A program made the position numbers and the translations under genes. The notes under the pieces are model-generated. The model did no database searches and was not told the origin of the DNA. It saw nothing but the letters and a program-made list of their open reading frames with translations. Shown here piece after piece: positions 8,701 to 13,231 of a stretch of 13,231 nt of DNA. The stretch lies in NCBI GenBank assembly GCA_000388065.2, contig KB932209.1; one strand, given 5' to 3'. Within the stretch, counting starts at the first letter, position 1. Every line of letters starts with the position of its first letter. This DNA is from Fonticula alba ATCC 38817 (Eukaryota > Protista > Nucleariida).

Positions 8701-11700
8701 ACGCCCCCCATGGGTGTCGCCGGCCAGGCCACCTCCCTGGGGCCCTCCATCTTGACGGCCTCCTTCATGGTGCTGCTGAAGGACAATGTCCTTCCCTTCC
8801 GAGTGGATGTCACGGTGGCCCTGTGCCCTGGCGCTGGCCCGGGGATTTATCTCCCCGACTGCCTGCCCTGCCATGATACCTGCCACACTTGCTTCGGGTC
8901 CCTGCCAAGCCAGTGCATCGAGTGCCATCTCGCGGCCCCGGGACACTTGCCGGGCGTGTGCCTGGCCAGCTGCCCAGCCGGCCTCCACCAGGTCCCCAAC
9001 ACTCGGACATGCGACTGCCACCAGGACTGCGACCAATGCGAGGCTGATACCAGCCTCAACCGGTTCTACTGCACCGACTGTGCGGTCGGGCTGGCCCTGG
9101 ATGTGTCTGATCCCCTGGCCGATCGTTGCCTCCCGTGTCACGACAGCTGCCGGGCATGTCGCTTTCCCGATGATGAGGCCGCCTGCGATGGCTGTGCCCT
9201 GGGCTTCTTCGAGCATGGTGGGCTTTGTCTTGCGGCCTGTCCACCGGGCACTTGGGCCAATGGGGTTGACCGAAAGTGCTCGGCCTGTCCAGATGGCTGC
9301 ACCGCCTGCACCGGGACCGACGCCTGCAGTGCCTGCTCGGCTGGATGGTACCACGACCCGGACGCCAGCAAGTGCCATGCGTGTCCGATGACTTGCGATG
9401 AGTGCACCTCCCCTGGGGTTTGCAGCCTCTGCCGCCCGGGGCTGGTTTTCCTGTCGCCCAATCCCTCGGTCGGGTCCCTCTGTGGCAGCACCTGTGCCCC
9501 GGGCGAGTATGTCGGGCCCGGCCGGTGCATGGCCTGCGACGGGTCGTGTGCCCTGTGCACTGGCGGGCCGGCGGTGTGCTCGGTGTGCGCGCCGGGCCAC
9601 CGGTGGGCCGGGCCGGCCCCGGCCCCGGGCNNNNNNNNNNNNNNNNNNNNNNNNNNNNNNNNNNNNNNNNNNNNNNNNNNNNNNNNNNNNNNNNNNNNNN
9701 NNNNNNNNNNNNNNNNNNNNNNNNNNNNNNNNNNNNNNNNNNNNNNNNNNNNNNNNNNNNNNNNNNNNNNNNNNNNNNNNNNNNNNNNNNNNNNNNNNNN
9801 NNNNNNNNNNNNNNNNNNNNNNNNNNNNNNNNNNNNNNNNNNNNNNNNNNNNNNNNNNNNNNNNNNNNNNNNNNNNNNNNNNNNNNNNNNNNNNNNNNNN
9901 NNNNNNNNNNNNNNNNNNNNNNNNNNNNNNNNNNNNNNNNNNNNNNNNNNNNNNNNNNNNNNNNNNNNNNNNNNNNNNNNNNNNNNNNNNNNNNNNNNNN
10001 NNNNNNNNNNNNNNNNNNNNNNNNNNNNNNNNNNNNNNNNNNNNNNNNNNNNNNNNNNNNNNNNNNNNNNNNNNNNNNNNNNNNNNNNNNNNNNNNNNNN
10101 NNNNNNNNNNNNNNNNNNNNNNNNNNNNNNNNNNNNNNNNNNNNNNNNNNNNNNNNNNNNNNNNNNNNNNNNNNNNNNNNNNNNNNNNNNNNNNNNNNNN
10201 NNNNNNNNNNNNNNNNNNNNNNNNNCACTTCGACGGCCGGGTGCTCGCCCTGTGGGGCCCACTGCAGCAGCTGCCCCGGGCAGGCGGACACGTGTGCCCT
10301 GTGCGAGCGGGGGTGGCTGCTGGCCTCGCCGGCGTGCGTGGACTCCTGCCCGGCCGGGTCCTCGCCGCAGGGCGGCTTGTGCGTCACCTGCCACCCGACC
10401 TGTGACACCTGCTACGGCCCGGGGGCCGACCAGTGCACCTCCTGTGGATCCAACCATCCGTTGCTTGTGGATGGGCGCTGCTTGGCCGACTGCCCTGCGG
10501 GCAGCTTCTCCTCGGGGCACAAGTGCATCCCCTGCCATGCCTCCTGCGAAGCCTGCAGTGGCCCCGGCCCCGAAGAGTGTGCCAGCTGCCCTGACGGGCG
10601 CGTCCTCTTGGGCAGCGCCTGCTTGCTTGCCTGCCCTGCGAAGCATTATGTGGCAGACGCGCATCCTGCCGGCTCGGTATGCCGGCCTTGCGATGCATCT
10701 TGCGCAGCGTGCGACGGCCCGGCCGAAGGCCAGTGTACTGGCTGCCCGGCGGGCGCATGGCTGGAATCCGGGCGCTGTGTGGATTCGTGCTCGGCGCGGT
10801 TCTTCCTCTGCCCGGGGACCAGCTCGTGCGAGGCCTGCCCGGCCGGCTGCTCGTCCTGTGCGGCTGCCGATGCAGGTTGCATGCCGGTGTGCACGGGCTG
10901 CGAAGGGGCGCTGGTCCTGTCGCCGGTGACCGGGCTCTGTGCGGAGGCCTGTGCAGAGGGCGAGTTCCTGCCGAGCGGCCAGACCCATTGCCTTGCCTGC
11001 CATGCCTCTTGTCGGACCTGCATCGACGCCGGGACATTCTGCACCTCGTGCCCCGGGAACTCGCTGTGGCTCCAGAAGGAGACCGGCATTTGCGCGTCGG
11101 CCTGCCCGGGGACCGGCTTCGTGGAGGCGGTCTTCCCCGGGGCCACGCCGGACCGGGTGTGCCTGGCCTGCCCGGACACGTGCGAGGCGTGCACGACCGA
11201 GGGCATGGCCGGGGCATGCAAGCTCGGGCCGAGCGGGCGAGTCGAGTGCCCGGTACCCGAGACCTGCACCCGGTGCGCGTTGGAGCTGCTGCTCCACGGC
11301 GGGTCGTGCGTGCCCGCCTGCCCGAGCACCGGGTTCTTTGCCGACTGGGAGGCCTCTCCGGCGGAGTGTGCTGCCTGCCATGACAAGTGCCGTGTTTGCT
11401 CCGGGCCATCGAGGGCCGACTGCCTGGACGGGCCGGGATCCTCTCGGGGTCGCCTTGGTACGATGCTTCGGCCGCGAGCGCCGGTCGGTGGATGCTCCGG
11501 TTGACTGACACTGCCCCTCCCTGCCCTGTGCCCTGTCCTCCTCCCGGTCCCTGCCGCTTGCAGCTCTGGGACTTGGCCTCGGCCTGGGTCTGCTCCTGCT
11601 GCTGCTCCTTCTTGTTGTCTTGTTTTTCCTACGCCGGCGTCTGGGCGCCGCCTCAAAGCGTCTTCCTGTGCGTTGTACCCCCCGGGAAGGGAGAGCGGGG

Positions 11701-12678
11701 GGGTCCCACCTTTTGCCGGCCAACCGGTCGCTGACACTCCATCTCGCTCACTCACCACAGCCAACGGATGATGGCCTCGATGAAAGTACGTCTCGGCTGC
11801 TTGGCTCGCTGGGGCTTCTTCGCCCCCTTTCTCCCCTCCGCCTCACGGCATGGCCCGATCTTTGGACTGACCGCCTTTCCGGAAAGACGCGACTGTCATG
11901 AACACCATCCTCGGTGCGTTTCTCCGGCCCAAGCGCTTGTGCACCCCTCGTTGGCCCGGCTGACCCGTCGCCCCTCGGTCCATCACACAGAGCTCTCCCT
12001 GCCCGGCAGTATCATGGTCAACATCGGCAGCGATTTTGCCCGCCTCAATGAGGCCAGCCTGGGGGCTGGGGCCCAGGCCAGCGTCTTTGGCGCGCGCGCC
12101 GTCGGGGCCGGCATCTCCGACCGCCTCGGCTGCCCGGGCACCGTGGCCATCAAGCAATTCAAGACCCACCGGCTGAAGCCCACTCAGGGGCCCCTCTTCC
12201 AGAATGAAATTGCCCTGATGTGGCTGCTGCGCGACATGCCCGGCGTGGTCCGGCTCTATGGGTATAGTGAGCAGCCGCCGGCCATTGTCATGGAGCGCTT
12301 TGACACGGATCTCCACAATCTCCTCCATTCGGAGGTGCCCCTGCCACCGGCCATCCTTTGCGCCATTGTCGAGCAGTGGACCGCGGGCCTCGAGGCCATG
12401 CATGCCCAGGGCATCGCCCACCGGGACATCAAATCCGGCAATGTCTTTGTGAGTCGCAATGCCGATGGCAGCTGGCGGGCCGCTCTCGGGGACTTGGGCG
12501 CCTCGCGGAGCCTGAGCACCGACCGGTCCTCGGCCCTTGTGGTCGACGTGCCCGAGCTCAATGCCATGACAGCGCGATATGCCGCGCCCGAGGTGCTGGC
12601 CGCCTTCCAGCGCCGGCGCCCGCTGGACACCGAGCTCTACCTTCCGGCGGACATCTACTCGGCGGCGGTGCTGCTGTG
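5757..12678 (+). CDS. Receptor kinase B: signal peptide, non-Cys module, short Cys linker, second non-Cys module, furin-like repeats, TM, TKL-like Ser/Thr kinase (RD). Exons 5757-7095, 7334-9630/[gap]/10226-11457, 11564-11667, 11761-11785, 11887-11913, 11991->12678
   Basis: Exon phases are consistent. Kinase motifs: LGAGAQASVF, VAIK, NEIALM, HRDIKSGN (12419-12442), GDLG, YAAPE, DIYSAAVLL, then the N gap. The kinase exon is missing from the ORF track, probably because its frame stays open to the window end. Joining across the 595-N gap is inferred. Confidence 0.8.
5781..5837 (+). other. Predicted signal peptide of gene B (MHLIRLLALVIIAATTSHA|QD)
   Basis: Basic n-region, hydrophobic h-region and S-x-A cleavage pattern. 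The start may be ATG 5757 or ATG 5781. Confidence 0.75.
7096..7333 (+). other. Intron (238 nt, phase 1) in the gene B ectodomain
   Basis: GTACGG donor, CTAAC at 7254-7258, pyrimidine tract, TAG acceptor. The join gives FLNPNG-AVACTACSTPNCATC, and both flanking frames hit stops inside the interval. Confidence 0.8.
7132..7156. repeat. (GT)12 microsatellite inside the intron
   Basis: Perfect GT repeat, 25 nt. Confidence 0.97.
8824..11423 (+). repeat. Furin-like (FU / growth-factor-receptor) Cys-rich repeat array, at least 14 units visible
   Basis: Recurrent CxxCxxxCxxC cores, e.g. CLPCHDTCHTCFGSLPSQCIEC, CVTCHPTCDTCYGPGADQCTSC, CIPCHASCEACSGPGPEECASC, CAACHDKCRVCSGPSRADC. Six lie before the gap and eight after. 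Confidence 0.92.
9631..10225. other. Assembly gap (595 N)
   Basis: Run of N inside the furin-repeat exon. The coding frame differs on the two sides, so the size is an estimate. Confidence 0.99.
11441..11570 (+). repeat. Near-identical copy of 1-130 (exon end + 106-nt intron 11458-11563 + TM exon start)
   Basis: 128/130 identical. Mismatches are at 96/11536 (C/T) and 121/11561 (TAG vs CAG acceptor). Confidence 0.97.
11566..11631 (+). other. Transmembrane helix of gene B
   Basis: LGLGLGLGLLLLLLLLVVLFFL followed by the RRR stop-transfer sequence. Confidence 0.92.
11668..11990 (+). other. Three introns (11668-11760, 11786-11886, 11914-11990) and two micro-exons (11761-11785, 25 nt; 11887-11913, 27 nt) in the gene B juxtamembrane region
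   Basis: Donors GTGCGT, GTACGT, GTGCGT. CTGAC branch sites at 11731, 11867, 11960. Acceptors CAG, AAG, CAG. The spliced product KRLP-PTDDGLDE-NATVMNTIL-ELSLPGSIMVN matches the uninterrupted gene A HATVLNTIVELSLPGSIIVN. Confidence 0.85.
12584..12678 (+). repeat. 95-nt block identical to 1091-1185 (APE to subdomain IX); also 12511-12540 = 1018-1047
   Basis: Direct comparison at constant offset 11493. No synonymous differences in either block. Confidence 0.95.
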
Positions 12679-12688
12679 NNNNNNNNNN
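12679..12688. other. Assembly gap (10 N, probably placeholder length)
   Basis: It truncates the gene B kinase inside a block identical to gene A. Confidence 0.97.
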
Positions 12689-13231
12689 CTGGAGATGATC
12701 CAGTCCGGCGACCAGCTTTACACCTGTGTATCTACCTGCGGGAGCCAGGAATACCGCGACCCGGTGTCGCTGGCCTGCCTGCCGTGCCACAGTGCCTGTG
12801 CCACGTGCAATGGGCCCACCGATCACGACTGCTGGCGGTGCGCCGACTCCGTCCTGCAAGATGGCCAGTGCCTGCAATCCTGCGCTCCCAAGCATGTGGC
12901 CACCTCGGGCCGGTGTCTCCCCTGCCATCCTTCGTGCGCCGGCTGCTTCGGCACCCGGAGTACGGAATGCCACGACTGCCTGGGTGGCTTGCTGACGCTG
13001 CCAGCTGGCGGCCCGGCTGCCCGGTGTGTGGCTTTCTGCCCGGTGGGCTACAGCACTTCGACGGCCGGGTGCTCGCCCTGTGGGGCCCACTGCAGCAGCT
13101 GCCCCGGGCAGGCGGACACGTGTGCCCTGTGCGAGCGGGGTGGCTGCTGGCCTCGCCGGCGTGCGTGGACTCCTGCCCGGCCGGGTCCTCGCCGCAGGGC
13201 GGCTTGTGCGTCACCTGCCACCCGACCTGTG
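12689..13231 (+). CDS. Furin-like repeat ectodomain fragment of another paralog, allele or misplaced contig; 1-nt frameshift at 13137-13140
   Basis: LEMIQSGDQLYTCVSTCGSQEYRDPVSLACLPCHSACATCNGPTDHDCWRC...CPVGYSTSTAGCSPCGAHC. 13054-13231 equals 10226-10404 except G4 versus G5 (10309-10313). Confidence 0.8.
   Translation, partial: MEMIQSGDQLYTCVSTCGSQEYRDPVSLACLPCHSACATCNGPTDHDCWRCADSVLQDGQCLQSCAPKHVATSGRCLPCHPSCAGCFGTRSTECHDCLGGLLTLPAGGPAARCVAFCPVGYSTSTAGCSPCGAHCSSCPGQADTCALCERGGCWPRRRAWTPARPGPRRRAACASPATRPV

Noticed and set aside
7480-10929. 1149-aa ORF taken as a complete protein
   Set aside because: It is real only up to 9630, and its true start is the acceptor at 7334. After the gap the coding frame is the one in ORF 9402-11504.
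8185-11764. Long minus-strand ORFs (8185-9600, 9138-11723, 10384-11511, 10646-11764)
   Set aside because: They are antisense shadows of the Cys-rich exon, and some are inflated by the N run.
12600-12800. Apparent in-frame fusion of kinase to downstream furin repeats
   Set aside because: The join is a 10-N placeholder gap, the kinase lacks subdomains X-XI, and the topology would be implausible.
11843-13090. 415-aa minus-strand ORF, with similar peptide in 701-1198
   Set aside because: It is the antisense shadow of the kinase exons. The shared peptide QQHRRRVDVRRKVELG only reflects the + strand identity block.
1-13231. CRISPR array, transposon, tRNA/rRNA or prokaryotic operon
   Set aside because: I saw no repeat-spacer periodicity, terminal repeats, transposase/RT motifs or RNA-gene signatures. 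The repeats are paralogous coding or intron sequence, and the genes are spliced.

Overview
GC-rich eukaryotic DNA with spliceosomal introns, holding a tandem + strand cluster of single-pass receptor Ser/Thr (TKL-like) kinases with furin-like Cys-rich ectodomains. Order: (1) the 3' end of receptor kinase A (TM + kinase, 1-1552, non-RD catalytic loop HCDLKPGN); (2) about 4 kb of apparent paralog wreckage (ectodomain motifs at ~2000-3300, a signal-peptide-like ORF at 4190, and a frameshifted kinase C-terminus at 5097-5274); (3) receptor kinase B (5757->12678: signal peptide, two non-Cys modules, at least 14 furin-like repeats, TM, RD kinase HRDIKSGN), interrupted by a 595-N gap and truncated by a 10-N gap; (4) a further furin-repeat fragment (12689-13231) that duplicates part of gene B with a 1-nt frameshift. 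A and B share near-identical DNA patches, including a whole intron, yet differ in all other comparable intron positions. From recall only, composition and architecture resemble the expanded TKL receptor kinases of the amoeba Fonticula alba; this is not verified. Gene models were built by hand from GT-AG sites, phase continuity and A/B alignment. Most long ORFs in the supplied track are GC-rich shadows.
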